From contig SORT01000002.1 in the NCBI GenBank assembly GCA_004402895.1, positions 5,947 to 69,946 of the forward strand: a DNA stretch of 64,000 nucleotides. Reading direction: 5' to 3'. This DNA comes from Fidelibacterota bacterium MT.SAG.3. Lineage in GTDB: Bacteria > Fidelibacterota > SORT01. Each line of letters starts with the position of its first letter. Within the stretch, counting starts at the first letter, position 1. This document shows positions 29,033 through 39,025 of the stretch, in pieces. The position numbers and the translations under genes are program-made. The notes under the pieces are model-generated. The model was not told the DNA's origin. It saw only the letters and a list, made by a program, of their open reading frames with translations, and did not search any database.

Positions 29033-30961
29033 TCAATTTTGGTTAAGCGAACGGGTATAGGCGAGTTTTCCGCCTGCCTTCAGAATACTCTTTTCAAGGT
29101 CTGTCATATCGCTTTTGACTGTGAACTCCATTCCCTTGGTCAAGTTCTTGACGGTGAAATCATTACCGAACTCAAGATTGCTCAGAATATCGTTGATCTC
29201 GAGCTCATCGCCTTGATCTATCTTATCGTTATCTGCAGCGTCTATCAGAAGCGGAAGGATTCCGAAATTTATCAGGTTCGCCCTGTGTATGCGGGCGAAG
29301 CTATTGACTATCAGGGCATCGATCCCGAGGAACATCGGCGCAAGAGCCGCATGCTCACGCGAGGAACCCTGACCGTAGTTGGTCCCTCCGACTATGATAC
29401 CGCTGCCCGCCGCTTTCGCGCGCGCGGCGAATGTATCATCAACGTTCATATAAACGAATTCCGCTATCGCCGGTATGTTGCTCCGAAAAGGAAGAACTTT
29501 CGCGCCTGCCGGCAGGATGTGGTCGGTCGTAATGTTGTCGCCGACCTTGAGGATAACTTCGCTCTTTATGGTGTCGGTAAGCGAGTCTTTCACCGGAACC
29601 TCTTTTATATTCGGTCCCCGCAATATTTCGACTCCCGAAGGATCGTCTATGGGAGGTATTATGCCCGAATCGTCAATCGTATATTGAGTCGGCGCTTCGA
29701 TCTTTATTACCTGCTCTATCGTCGTCGGATCTACAAACTCGCCCGCCAACGCTGAAGCTGCAGCTATCTCAGGACTCACGAGATATATTTCGTCACCTTG
29801 AGTACCGCTTCTTCCGGGAAAATTTCTGTTACCAGTCCGCAGGGAGATCCCTCCTGTGGGCGGAGCCTGCCCCATTCCGATGCAGAAACCGCAAGCGGAT
29901 TCGAGTATCCTTGAGCCGGATGAGATTATCATACCCAAGCCGCCACTCTCCGCTATCATCTGGAAAACCTGTTTTGAACCCGGCGCGACACCCATATCGA
30001 CCCCCGGATGAATCTTCTTCCCTTCAAGCATTTTCGCCACCATCATCATATCTTCATATGAAGAGTTTGTACAGGTTCCTATCAACACTTGCACAACTTT
30101 CTTGCCTACAAGAGATTTGACATGAGTTATATTGTCGGGACTGCCCGGTTCCGCCACTAAAGGCTCTAAAGCGCTCAGATCAATTTCAATGATCTCGTCG
30201 TACTCGGCGTCCTCATCCGCGGAAAGCTCCACCCAGACATCTCCCCTGCCCTGCGCATCGAAAAACCGTTTCGTATTCTCATCCGACGGGAAGATCGAGG
30301 TCGTCGCGCCTGCTTCCGTGCCCATATTCGCGATGGCGAACCTATCTCCTGCTGAAAGCGCTTTTACTCCCGGTCCGAAATATTCCAACACCTTTCCGAC
30401 TCCGCCCTTGACGGTGAGAATTTCCAAGATCTTGAAGATCACATTTTTCGCGTTGACGAACGGCTGGAGTTCACCCGTCAGATTTATGCCTATAATTTGC
30501 GGATATGTCAGGAAAAACGGACCTCCGCCCATCGCCACCGCGACATCAAGTCCGCCCGCTCCAATGGATATCATACCCAAGCCGCCGCCGGTCGGAGTAT
30601 GCGAATCACTGCCGAGGAGGGTTTTCCCCGGAACACCGAATCGTTCTCTATGAACCTGATGACAGATACCGTTGCCCGGTTTGGAGAAATATACGCCGTA
30701 TTTTGCGGCAACCGATTTCAGATACGCATGGTCATCTGCGTTGCGAAAATCCGTTTGCAGCATATTATGATCAACGTAACTTACCGATAATTCGGTCTTT
30801 ACCCTGTCAAGCCCCATCGCCTCAAATTGGAGATACGCCATTGTCCCTGTTGCGTCCTGAGTAAGAGTCTGGTCGATTTTTATTCCTATCTCGGAGCCTT
30901 TTACAGGCTCTCCTACAACAATATGCTCGTTAATGATCTTTTCCGCTAAAGTTAATCCCAT
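29033..30961 (-). CDS. Aconitate hydratase (TIGR01342-type), second paralog
   Basis: DQTLTQDATGT, IGTCTNS, ESACGFCIGMG, NYGQGSSREHAA. Confidence 0.93.
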   Translation of the reverse strand: MGLTLAEKIINEHIVVGEPVKGSEIGIKIDQTLTQDATGTMAYLQFEAMGLDRVKTELSVSYVDHNMLQTDFRNADDHAYLKSVAAKYGVYFSKPGNGICHQVHRERFGVPGKTLLGSDSHTPTGGGLGMISIGAGGLDVAVAMGGGPFFLTYPQIIGINLTGELQPFVNAKNVIFKILEILTVKGGVGKVLEYFGPGVKALSAGDRFAIANMGTEAGATTSIFPSDENTKRFFDAQGRGDVWVELSADEDAEYDEIIEIDLSALEPLVAEPGSPDNITHVKSLVGKKVVQVLIGTCTNSSYEDMMMVAKMLEGKKIHPGVDMGVAPGSKQVFQMIAESGGLGMIISSGSRILESACGFCIGMGQAPPTGGISLRTGNRNFPGRSGTQGDEIYLVSPEIAAASALAGEFVDPTTIEQVIKIEAPTQYTIDDSGIIPPIDDPSGVEILRGPNIKEVPVKDSLTDTIKSEVILKVGDNITTDHILPAGAKVLPFRSNIPAIAEFVYMNVDDTFAARAKAAGSGIIVGGTNYGQGSSREHAALAPMFLGIDALIVNSFARIHRANLINFGILPLLIDAADNDKIDQGDELEINDILSNLEFGNDFTVKNLTKGMEFTVKSDMTDLEKSILKAGGKLAYTRSLNQN

Positions 30962-31221
30962 AAATCCTTCTCTATATATTCAGTACCTTTCGGCAATGTT
31001 TTTCATCTTTTGTAAGCTTCTAAATATAATAAACATAGGAGAGAGTTACAAGGGTGCTTAAAGCGCCTTTTTTCGGCTGAAAGCACCTTTCTTTTGCTTA
31101 TTCCTTTAAAATGGGTCACTAAAATCGAATATTGTTTGCTAATCAACCGAAAAATCGCTTAATTAACAGGCTGCACAATGAATGAATGGCAAAATTTATC
31201 TGTTGTCGATAGAAAGGGCAA

Positions 31222-32502
31222 TTGGTTTTGATTGAAATAAAAGATGTAGAGAAAGAGAGTATAGCTTCCGAAGTAGGCATCAAACCGGGAGATAAACTCA
31301 TCAGCGTGAACGGATGCGGCGTCAGCGACATAATCGATTACCGATTTCTCGCCACTGATGATTCCGTTGACGTTGTAATCAAACGCGACAATAAAGAAGT
31401 TGCTTTCGAGATCGAAAAACATCCCGATGATGATATGGGCATTTCATTTGTTCCGAAGCAATACAAATCGTGCTGCAACAAATGCGTTTTCTGCTACGTT
31501 GACCAACTCCCCGCCGGAATGCGGCTTTCCCTTTATTTCAGAGATGGGGATTATCGTCTCTCATTTCTACATGGTAATTTCGTAACCCTTACAAATACAT
31601 CGTGGAAAGAGCTCGAACGGATCGTCCGTCAACGGTTAAGTCCTATTTATATATCAATTCATGTGACCGATCTCGAAACGCGCAAATTCATGCTCGGAAT
31701 AGATTTTGACGACGATATACTGAAGAAGATCGCTTATCTCGATGAAAACAATATCGAGATGCATTCGCAGGTCGTCCTCTGCCCCGGTATGAATGACGGT
31801 GAGATTCTTGACAATACAATCGAGGATCTCTGGAATTTCAGGAAAAATGTCCGCTCTATGGCTGTTGTTCCCATAGGACTTACAAAACACAGGGACGGGC
31901 TTACTAAGATTGACCCTGTAACTCCTGAATACGCCCGTGAAATGATCAAAAACGGCAGCCGATGGGATGAGCGGTTCCCACGCACAGACGGCAAACGATT
32001 CGTTTATCTATCGGACGAATGGTATATCATGGCTGGAGAACCAATACCGGAAAAAGAATATTACGACGAGTTCCCACAATTGGATAACGGTATCGGTTCA
32101 GTCCGCGAGTTCTTAGATGATCTTAACGACGCTAAAGGCGACTTTCCGAATCGTTTGGACAAACCGAAAGAGATAACCATCGTCACCGGAATGTTAGCGG
32201 AAGGGATACTGAATGAAAACCTCCTGCCCGCTTTGGAAAGAATAGAAAACCTCAAAGTCAAAATGCTTGTCGCAAAAAACGGTTTCTTAGGTGAATCGGT
32301 TACAATTTCGGGACTGCTATCGGCACAGGATATAATCAGGACTCTTCAAGAAGGCGATCCTATCGGTGAAGTATTCCTTCCGCCGCGTATATTGAACACG
32401 GACGGATTCCTCCTCGATAATATGCGTCCCGAAGATATATCAAATGTTTGCGGTGTGCCGGTTCAAGTCTACAACGACGATTTTCACTCGCTTTACAGTT
32501 AA
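31222..32502 (+). CDS. PDZ + DUF512 putative radical SAM protein
   Basis: GIKPGD PDZ-like start; CCNKCVFC (CxxxCxxC); DYRLSFLHGNFVTLTN; typically found upstream of der. Confidence 0.88.
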   Translation: MVLIEIKDVEKESIASEVGIKPGDKLISVNGCGVSDIIDYRFLATDDSVDVVIKRDNKEVAFEIEKHPDDDMGISFVPKQYKSCCNKCVFCYVDQLPAGMRLSLYFRDGDYRLSFLHGNFVTLTNTSWKELERIVRQRLSPIYISIHVTDLETRKFMLGIDFDDDILKKIAYLDENNIEMHSQVVLCPGMNDGEILDNTIEDLWNFRKNVRSMAVVPIGLTKHRDGLTKIDPVTPEYAREMIKNGSRWDERFPRTDGKRFVYLSDEWYIMAGEPIPEKEYYDEFPQLDNGIGSVREFLDDLNDAKGDFPNRLDKPKEITIVTGMLAEGILNENLLPALERIENLKVKMLVAKNGFLGESVTISGLLSAQDIIRTLQEGDPIGEVFLPPRILNTDGFLLDNMRPEDISNVCGVPVQVYNDDFHSLYS

Positions 32503-32507
32503 GAATT

Positions 32508-33830
32508 TTGGCAAAATCAATTCCCATAGTATCTATAATCGGTAGACCGAATGTCGGTAAGTCCACCCTCTTCAACCGTTTTATCGGACGACGAGACGCT
32601 ATCGTTGATTCCACCGCAGGAGTGACACGAGACCGGAAATACGGAAACGTCAGCTGGTCGGGACATGAATTTATACTTGTCGATACGGGAGGATATGACG
32701 CAAAATCGGATGAACCTATCCTCTCATCTGTTCGCAAGCAAGCTTTGGCGGCAGTCGATGAGTCGGAACTCGTACTCTTCGTGGTTGATTCAGAAACAGG
32801 GATCACTGCAGGCGATGAGGAGATCGCAAAGGTAATTTTGAGGCAATCTAAAAAGGTCATACTCGTTGTCAATAAAGTTGACGACAAAACACGCGAGCCG
32901 GATATATACGATTTTATGAAACTCGGACTTGGAGAACCCTTTCCTATTTCCGCCGAATCGGGAAGAAGGACGGGCGATCTTCTCGAAGAAGCGGTAAAAC
33001 ACTTCAATACTTCCCCGGCGAACTCCATCGAAGAAGACGAGGGTATTAAAATCGCAATTGTCGGCGTTCCGAACGTTGGGAAATCATCTCTTGTCAATAG
33101 ACTTTTGAACAAAGAGCAGCAGATCGTTACCGACATTCCCGGCACAACGAGAGACAGCGCCGACAGCAAGTTGTCTTACAAAGGCAAAATTTATACTCTG
33201 ATCGATACAGCGGGAATCAGAAGAAAAGCGAAAATCAAGGACGCCGTTGAATTTTACAGTACCGTTAGGGCGCGGAGAGCGATGGACAGAGCGGATGTGA
33301 TAGTCGCGATGCTCGATTCCATGCGAGGGATGGATAAACAGGATGTACATATAATCGTGGAAGCATTGGACAGGAGAAAATGTCTCGTGGTTGCCGTAAA
33401 TAAATGGGACCTAATAAAAAAAACCAATCGTACTCATAAAGAATGGTCGGAAGAGCTCAAAGACAGGCTTCCTCTGTTGGAAAACTATCCGATAGAATTT
33501 ATTTCCGCTCTCGACGGTCAGAGGATCCATAAGATACTTGACTTAGTCAGCAAAATTCAAAAAGAGTCCCAGAAAAACATAAAAACTAAAACTCTTAATG
33601 ACTGGCTCACCCAAACGGTCGCGCATACATCACCTCCGAGTTACAATAATCGTTTCGTGAAGATCACATTCGTCAATCAGGCGAAGGCAGTACCACCTAC
33701 TTTTGTTTTTTTTACTAATTACCCGAAGGGTATAAAAGAGAACTATAAGCGTTTTCTTGAACATAACCTGCGTGCCGCTTTCGGATTTCACGGAGTTCCT
33801 ATTACTCTTCTCTTCAAGGCTAAGAACTGA
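32508..33830 (+). CDS. der: Ribosome biogenesis GTPase Der (EngA)
   Basis: Two G-domains: GRPNVGKS/DTGG/NKVD and GVPNVGKS/DTAG/NKWD; likely TTG start at 32508. Confidence 0.96.
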   Translation: MAKSIPIVSIIGRPNVGKSTLFNRFIGRRDAIVDSTAGVTRDRKYGNVSWSGHEFILVDTGGYDAKSDEPILSSVRKQALAAVDESELVLFVVDSETGITAGDEEIAKVILRQSKKVILVVNKVDDKTREPDIYDFMKLGLGEPFPISAESGRRTGDLLEEAVKHFNTSPANSIEEDEGIKIAIVGVPNVGKSSLVNRLLNKEQQIVTDIPGTTRDSADSKLSYKGKIYTLIDTAGIRRKAKIKDAVEFYSTVRARRAMDRADVIVAMLDSMRGMDKQDVHIIVEALDRRKCLVVAVNKWDLIKKTNRTHKEWSEELKDRLPLLENYPIEFISALDGQRIHKILDLVSKIQKESQKNIKTKTLNDWLTQTVAHTSPPSYNNRFVKITFVNQAKAVPPTFVFFTNYPKGIKENYKRFLEHNLRAAFGFHGVPITLLFKAKN

Positions 33831-33879
33831 GCAGCAAACAGCTTGTTAGGCATCTGAAGCTGAGTAATTATGTCTTACG

Positions 33880-33908
33880 TTGACTTCCCCCCTCAGATGG
33901 CTTAATAT
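33880..33908 (+). promoter_or_regulatory. Sigma70-type promoter for lepA
   Basis: TTGACT-N17-TAATAT upstream of RBS AGGAG. Confidence 0.5.
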
Positions 33909-33934
33909 CTAAGGTCTTTAAATAACAGGAGAGT

Positions 33935-35734
33935 ATGAGCGCCGAAAATATACGAAATTTCTGCATTATAGCCCATATCGATCATGGCAAATCGACACTC
34001 GCCGATCGATTTCTCGAGCTGACCCATACCTTGAGCGATAAAGAAATGATGAATCAGGTGCTCGATGACATGGATATCGAGAGAGAACGCGGTATCACCA
34101 TAAAATCTCATGCGATAACTATGGATTATGATGCCAAGAACGGCAAAAAATATAAATTCAACCTTATAGACACACCTGGGCATGTAGATTTTTCGTATGA
34201 GGTCAGCCGCAGCCTTGCTGCCTGTGAGGGAGCGCTCCTTCTTGTGGACGCTGCGCAGGGTGTTGAAGCGCAGACTGTCAGTAATGCTTACCTCGCTGTT
34301 GACGGTGGGCTGAAAATAATACCCATTATAAACAAAATAGATCTGGGTGCCAAAGAAGTTGATATTGCCATCGAACAGATCATCGAATTGCTCGGATGTA
34401 AGAAAGAGGAGATTTTTCTTATCAGCGCCAAAACCGGCGAAGGTGTCGATGAAATTCTTGAAGCCATAGTAGATATCATTCCACCTCCGGATGCAGACAG
34501 TTCTAAACCTCTCAGGGCGATAATATTCGACTCGACATTTGACAAATATCGCGGAGCAATTGCCTATTTGCGCGTATTTGAAGGAAAGTTAGTCGAGGGA
34601 CAGCAGATAAAGTTCTTCTCAAACAATAAATCTCTTGAGGCTCTCGAGATCGGCATACTGCGTATGAAAAGGATAAAGAAAAAGGAGCTTAATGCGGGTG
34701 ATGTCGGTTATTTGATAGCGGGCGTAAAGGATGTGAAAGATACTAAAGTTGGCGATACCGTTACATCCGTTGATAATCCGGCGAAAGAAGCTCTTCCCGG
34801 CTACAAAGAGTCCAAACCGATGGTATACAGCGGTATTTTCCCGATCGACAACGAAGATTACACCAAATTAAGGATGGCGCTGGAAAAATTACAGCTCAAC
34901 GACGCTGCTATCTCCTTTGAACCTGAATCATCCGAAGCTCTCGGATTCGGATTTAGGTGCGGGTACCTCGGTATGCTTCACATGGAGATAGTTTTGGAAC
35001 GATTATCAAGGGAATTCGATATGGATATCCTCGCGACTGTTCCGAATGCCAAGTATCTTGTAGAGTTACACAACGGTACTTCGATTGAAATTGATAATCC
35101 GGTAAAACTCCCTCCGGTGGGGGACATCGACAAGATAAAAGAGCCGTTTATCCGGGCGGCGATCATCACACCTTCCGAGTATATCGGAGGTATCATGAAA
35201 CTCGCTCAGGAGAAGAGAGGCATTTACAAATCCACAGACTATCTTAATGCCAATCGCGTTGAAATCATTTATGAGCTGCCTCTTATGGAAGTTCTTTTTG
35301 ATTTTTATGACCGTCTAAAATCTGTCAGCAGAGGGTATGCTTCACTTGATTATGACTATATCGGATACAGGGAAGGCAAACTCGTCCGGCTTGATATACT
35401 TATTAACGGAGACAAGATCGATGCCTTTTCAATTATCGTCCATAAGGATAAGGCTTACGACTGGGGCAGAAGAATAACCGAGAAACTAAAAACCATTATT
35501 CCCCGTCAAATGTTCCCGATCGCACTGCAAGGTTCTATCGGCAGTAAAATTATTGCGCGTCAAACCGTAAGCGCGCTGAGAAAAAATGTTACTGCAAAAT
35601 GTTACGGCGGAGATATAACCCGTAAGCGAAAACTGTTAGAGAAGCAGAAAGCAGGGAAAAAACGGATGAAATTGGTCGGGAACGTGCAGGTTCCTCAGGA
35701 AGCGTTCATTGCCGTATTGCAGTTGGATGACTAA
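33935..35734 (+). CDS. lepA: Elongation factor 4
   Basis: IRNFCIIAHIDHGKSTLADR...CYGGDITRKRKLLEKQK. Confidence 0.98.
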   Translation: MSAENIRNFCIIAHIDHGKSTLADRFLELTHTLSDKEMMNQVLDDMDIERERGITIKSHAITMDYDAKNGKKYKFNLIDTPGHVDFSYEVSRSLAACEGALLLVDAAQGVEAQTVSNAYLAVDGGLKIIPIINKIDLGAKEVDIAIEQIIELLGCKKEEIFLISAKTGEGVDEILEAIVDIIPPPDADSSKPLRAIIFDSTFDKYRGAIAYLRVFEGKLVEGQQIKFFSNNKSLEALEIGILRMKRIKKKELNAGDVGYLIAGVKDVKDTKVGDTVTSVDNPAKEALPGYKESKPMVYSGIFPIDNEDYTKLRMALEKLQLNDAAISFEPESSEALGFGFRCGYLGMLHMEIVLERLSREFDMDILATVPNAKYLVELHNGTSIEIDNPVKLPPVGDIDKIKEPFIRAAIITPSEYIGGIMKLAQEKRGIYKSTDYLNANRVEIIYELPLMEVLFDFYDRLKSVSRGYASLDYDYIGYREGKLVRLDILINGDKIDAFSIIVHKDKAYDWGRRITEKLKTIIPRQMFPIALQGSIGSKIIARQTVSALRKNVTAKCYGGDITRKRKLLEKQKAGKKRMKLVGNVQVPQEAFIAVLQLDD

Positions 35735-35773
35735 TTTTCAGATATTTTAAGTTAGAATAACAAAAATGATTCG

Positions 35774-36505
35774 GTGATGCAGGATTATTGGGAACTATAT
35801 AAAGAATACTCAAGGGCTTCAAAATCGCCCTTTTATTCATTCTTGTTCGTTGTTCCGCTTATGATGACCTACGAAATTGCGGCTTTCATAATGAATAAGT
35901 CAGACATTGAAGGTCTTCGCAATGGAGCCGATGTGGTCACAAAACAGATATTGAATTTATTCGGCGTTGCGGGCTTCTATGGATTCAGCATCCTGGTTCT
36001 CGCCACTCTTATTGGGCTTTTCATTCATGAATTGCGAGATCATGAGTTCATTCTGAAATATCGATATCTTTTAACCATGCTTTGCGAATCTCTTCTTTAC
36101 GCATTTCTGTTCGGGTTTGTGGTAAGCAAGATAACAAGTATCTTTCTTCAGTTTCCTTCTTCATTCAGCTGGAAACACCAACTCGTTTTATCATTGGGCG
36201 CCGGTGTCTATGAGGAATTTTTGTTCAGAGTTGTGCTGATAACTCTTTTCGTACTTATTTTCACAAAAGTTGTCGGACTTACAAAGATCTTTTCGGTAAC
36301 AATCTCTATTATTCTCTCCTCCCTGATATTTTCCGGATTCCATTACATAGGTTTCCTCGGTGAACCGTTTCTTTTCAGCACTTTTATGTTCAGGTTCATA
36401 GGCGGAACTATATTATCCATTCTATATGTTGTTAGAGGCTTTGGAATCACGGCATATACTCACAGCTTTTATGATCTATTTATCGTTGCAGGAATTTTAG
36501 GATGA
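35774..36505 (+). CDS. CPBP (CAAX/Abi) family intramembrane protease
   Basis: GVYEEFLFR, FSGFH, HSFYD motifs. Confidence 0.85.
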   Translation: MMQDYWELYKEYSRASKSPFYSFLFVVPLMMTYEIAAFIMNKSDIEGLRNGADVVTKQILNLFGVAGFYGFSILVLATLIGLFIHELRDHEFILKYRYLLTMLCESLLYAFLFGFVVSKITSIFLQFPSSFSWKHQLVLSLGAGVYEEFLFRVVLITLFVLIFTKVVGLTKIFSVTISIILSSLIFSGFHYIGFLGEPFLFSTFMFRFIGGTILSILYVVRGFGITAYTHSFYDLFIVAGILG

Positions 36506-36915
36506 AATATCCGTTTCAGGTAAAATATAAAGTGGCTTTCCGCGATATTGACATGCATGGCGTTCTACACCATTCAAATTTTTTTTACTACTGCGAAAAG
36601 GCAAGAGTCGCGCTCTTGGAATCAAGCGGTCTTCCTTACAATTCGGTGATCGATCTGGGATTAGGGCTAGTATTAGTGGAAGCTAAACTCAGATATTTTG
36701 CTCCGGTAAAATTTGATGACATTTTGGTGCTATACCTTGGAGTGTCTGAATTTAAAAAGACCTCCTTCAAAATATTATACTCATTGGAGGTTAATGGCAA
36801 AAAAGTATCTGAGGGACATACTCACCACGTTTGCATTAATTTAGACTCGGGAAAACCGATTAAATTCCCCCTAAAACTTATCGAAGCGATGAAAACATAT
36901 CCGGTCGGAACCTGA
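36502..36915 (+). CDS. Acyl-CoA thioesterase (YbgC/4HBT family)
   Basis: DIDMHGVLHHSNF...EKAR; hotdog-fold size. Confidence 0.85.
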   Translation: MKYPFQVKYKVAFRDIDMHGVLHHSNFFYYCEKARVALLESSGLPYNSVIDLGLGLVLVEAKLRYFAPVKFDDILVLYLGVSEFKKTSFKILYSLEVNGKKVSEGHTHHVCINLDSGKPIKFPLKLIEAMKTYPVGT

Positions 36916-36917
36916 CC

Positions 36918-37916
36918 ATGAATTATCATATTACATTGATTGAAGGCGATGGTATCGGACCGGAAGTAATGGGTTCTGCTCTTGAAATTCTTGATGCCGC
37001 CGGAGTGGATATCAGATGGGACAAAGCGATAGCAGGACAGGAAGCGGTAGATAAATTCGGTGAAACGGTACCGGAAGAAACTATCAACTCGATTAAAAAA
37101 ACAAAGGTAGCCTTCAAAGGACCTGTGACAACGCCCATAGGAAAAGGATTTCGATCCGCTAATGTAAGCCTGCGTCAAAAACTGAATCTTAACGCTTGCA
37201 TGAGACCCGTAGCAAACCTTCCCGGCATAACTACCCGACATCAAAACGTTGATCTTGTCGTGGTCAGAGAAAATAGTGAGGGTCTTTATTCCGGTCTTGA
37301 ACACCAAGTTGTGAAAGGAGTTGTTGCCAGTCTGAAAGTCATCTCTCGGAGCGCATGTAATGCCATAGGTCAATTCGCATTTGACTACTGCCGTAATCAT
37401 GGGAGAAGGAAAGTTACGGCTGTGCACAAAGCGGCGGTCATGAAAAAATCTGACGGTCTGTTTCTTGAAGAAATTAGAAAAATCGCAAAAAAAAATCCGT
37501 TCATTGAATATGACGAATTGGCGATCGACAGCCTCTCAATGCAGCTCGTTATGGAACCTTCAAAATTTGATGTATTGGTAATGGGTAATTTATACGGTGA
37601 CATCATCAGCGATCTGGCAAGCGGATTGGTAGGAGGACTCGGAGTGGTGCCGGGAGCTAATATTGGGAAAGATTATGCCGTGTTCGAGCCTGTGCATGGC
37701 AGCGCTCCCGACTTAGCCGGCAAGGGTTTGGCAAATCCGCTTGCCGCTGTACTTTCAGGAGTTCTAATGCTCGAGTATCTCGGTGAACATGCTGCAGGAG
37801 ATCGCATCAGAGATGCGGTTTATAAGGTGCTTGAAGATGGGAAAATCAGAACAGCTGATCTGGGCGGAAAATCAAGCACAAATGAATTTACCAGGGCGAT
37901 CATAGAGATATTATGA
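36918..37916 (+). CDS. NAD-dependent isocitrate/isopropylmalate dehydrogenase family, probable catalytic subunit
   Basis: GDGIGPE, KGPVTTP...SANVSLR, RENSEGLY, NLYGDIISD, FEPVHGSAPD...ANP. Confidence 0.9.
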   Translation: MNYHITLIEGDGIGPEVMGSALEILDAAGVDIRWDKAIAGQEAVDKFGETVPEETINSIKKTKVAFKGPVTTPIGKGFRSANVSLRQKLNLNACMRPVANLPGITTRHQNVDLVVVRENSEGLYSGLEHQVVKGVVASLKVISRSACNAIGQFAFDYCRNHGRRKVTAVHKAAVMKKSDGLFLEEIRKIAKKNPFIEYDELAIDSLSMQLVMEPSKFDVLVMGNLYGDIISDLASGLVGGLGVVPGANIGKDYAVFEPVHGSAPDLAGKGLANPLAAVLSGVLMLEYLGEHAAGDRIRDAVYKVLEDGKIRTADLGGKSSTNEFTRAIIEIL

Positions 37917-38911
37917 GTAAGACTGTTACAATAATACCCGGCGATTGGATAGGCCCAGAGATAGCCAAAGAAGTGACGAGAGTGGTGGATGAGTCGGGAG
38001 CAAAAATTGAATGGGATTGGCAGGAATCCGGAGAAAAAGCGATAAAAGCTCACGGGACACCTTTGCCTCAAGAGCTGATGGACTCTGTCGAACGCAACAA
38101 AATTGCCCTTAAAGGTCTGATAGATATACCGCTCGGCGCTCCCTATGAGCCTCCAACAGTGGCTCTAAGAAAATCATTTGATCTTTATGCTAATCTGAGA
38201 CCATGTAAACTATTCCCGGGCATCGAAAGTCGGTATGATGAAATTGATATCGTCGTAGTGAGGGAAAATACTCAGGGAGAATACTCCGGAATCGAACATA
38301 ATGTATCGCCTGATATCGTAGAGATGATGAAAGTCGTCACTGAAAATGCTTCAAGACGAATTTCGAAATTTGCTTTTGAATATGCAGTAGAAAACGACCG
38401 AAAAAAAATAATTACTGCTCACAAAGCGAATATCATGAAACTTTCCGACGGATTGTTCATGGATATAGCAATTGAAACCGCCAAAGAATATCCCGGCATA
38501 GAACATAGTACGATGATCATAGACGCTTGCTGCATGAATCTTGTGATGAACCCCAATCGATTCGATGTTTTACTGATGGGGAATCTTTACGGTGACATTG
38601 TTTCCGATCTTGTAACAGGAATGGTCGGAGGGATCAGCGCCGTATACGGAGTGAATATCGGCAAAGAGATTCGTGTTTTTGAAGTTATGTACGGGAAAGC
38701 GCCCGAAAAGGCAAACGTGTCGGATGCCAGCCCCCTACCCTTGCTGATGTCAGCCATCGCTCTTCTTAATTATTTAGGTGAATCCGATGCCGCAGAGAGC
38801 ATTCGTTCATCAATCTCTTTAAACTTAAACGACGGTATCAAGCCTGCAAACTTAGGCGGGAACGCCTCTCTCGTGGATTTCACCAATTCCATCATAGAAA
38901 AGTTGCACTGA
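37913..38911 (+). CDS. Isocitrate dehydrogenase family paralog with degenerate substrate and NAD sites
   Basis: Retains HKANIMK and NLYGDIVSD, but has KGLIDIP...PPTV and FEVMYGKAPEKA...ASP in place of the conserved motifs. Confidence 0.85.
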   Translation: MSKTVTIIPGDWIGPEIAKEVTRVVDESGAKIEWDWQESGEKAIKAHGTPLPQELMDSVERNKIALKGLIDIPLGAPYEPPTVALRKSFDLYANLRPCKLFPGIESRYDEIDIVVVRENTQGEYSGIEHNVSPDIVEMMKVVTENASRRISKFAFEYAVENDRKKIITAHKANIMKLSDGLFMDIAIETAKEYPGIEHSTMIIDACCMNLVMNPNRFDVLLMGNLYGDIVSDLVTGMVGGISAVYGVNIGKEIRVFEVMYGKAPEKANVSDASPLPLLMSAIALLNYLGESDAAESIRSSISLNLNDGIKPANLGGNASLVDFTNSIIEKLH

Positions 38912-39025
38912 TTAAAGAGAAATTGGGTGTTTTATCCAAAGTATTCGTACCGGTCACAAATTTATGAATATTTGCGATTCAGAATTAATCCGATGAAATA
39001 TTTATCCGGTTAATAATTAGATATT

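Noticed and set aside
28703-30864. Plus-strand ORFs (350, 173, 119 aa etc.)
   Set aside because: Antisense to the well-supported aconitase and PfpI-family genes
32360-33169. 269-aa minus-strand ORF (likewise 36822-37427, 54006-54695, 55364-55954)
   Set aside because: Antisense shadows of der, IDH and OMP genes with no recognisable motifs
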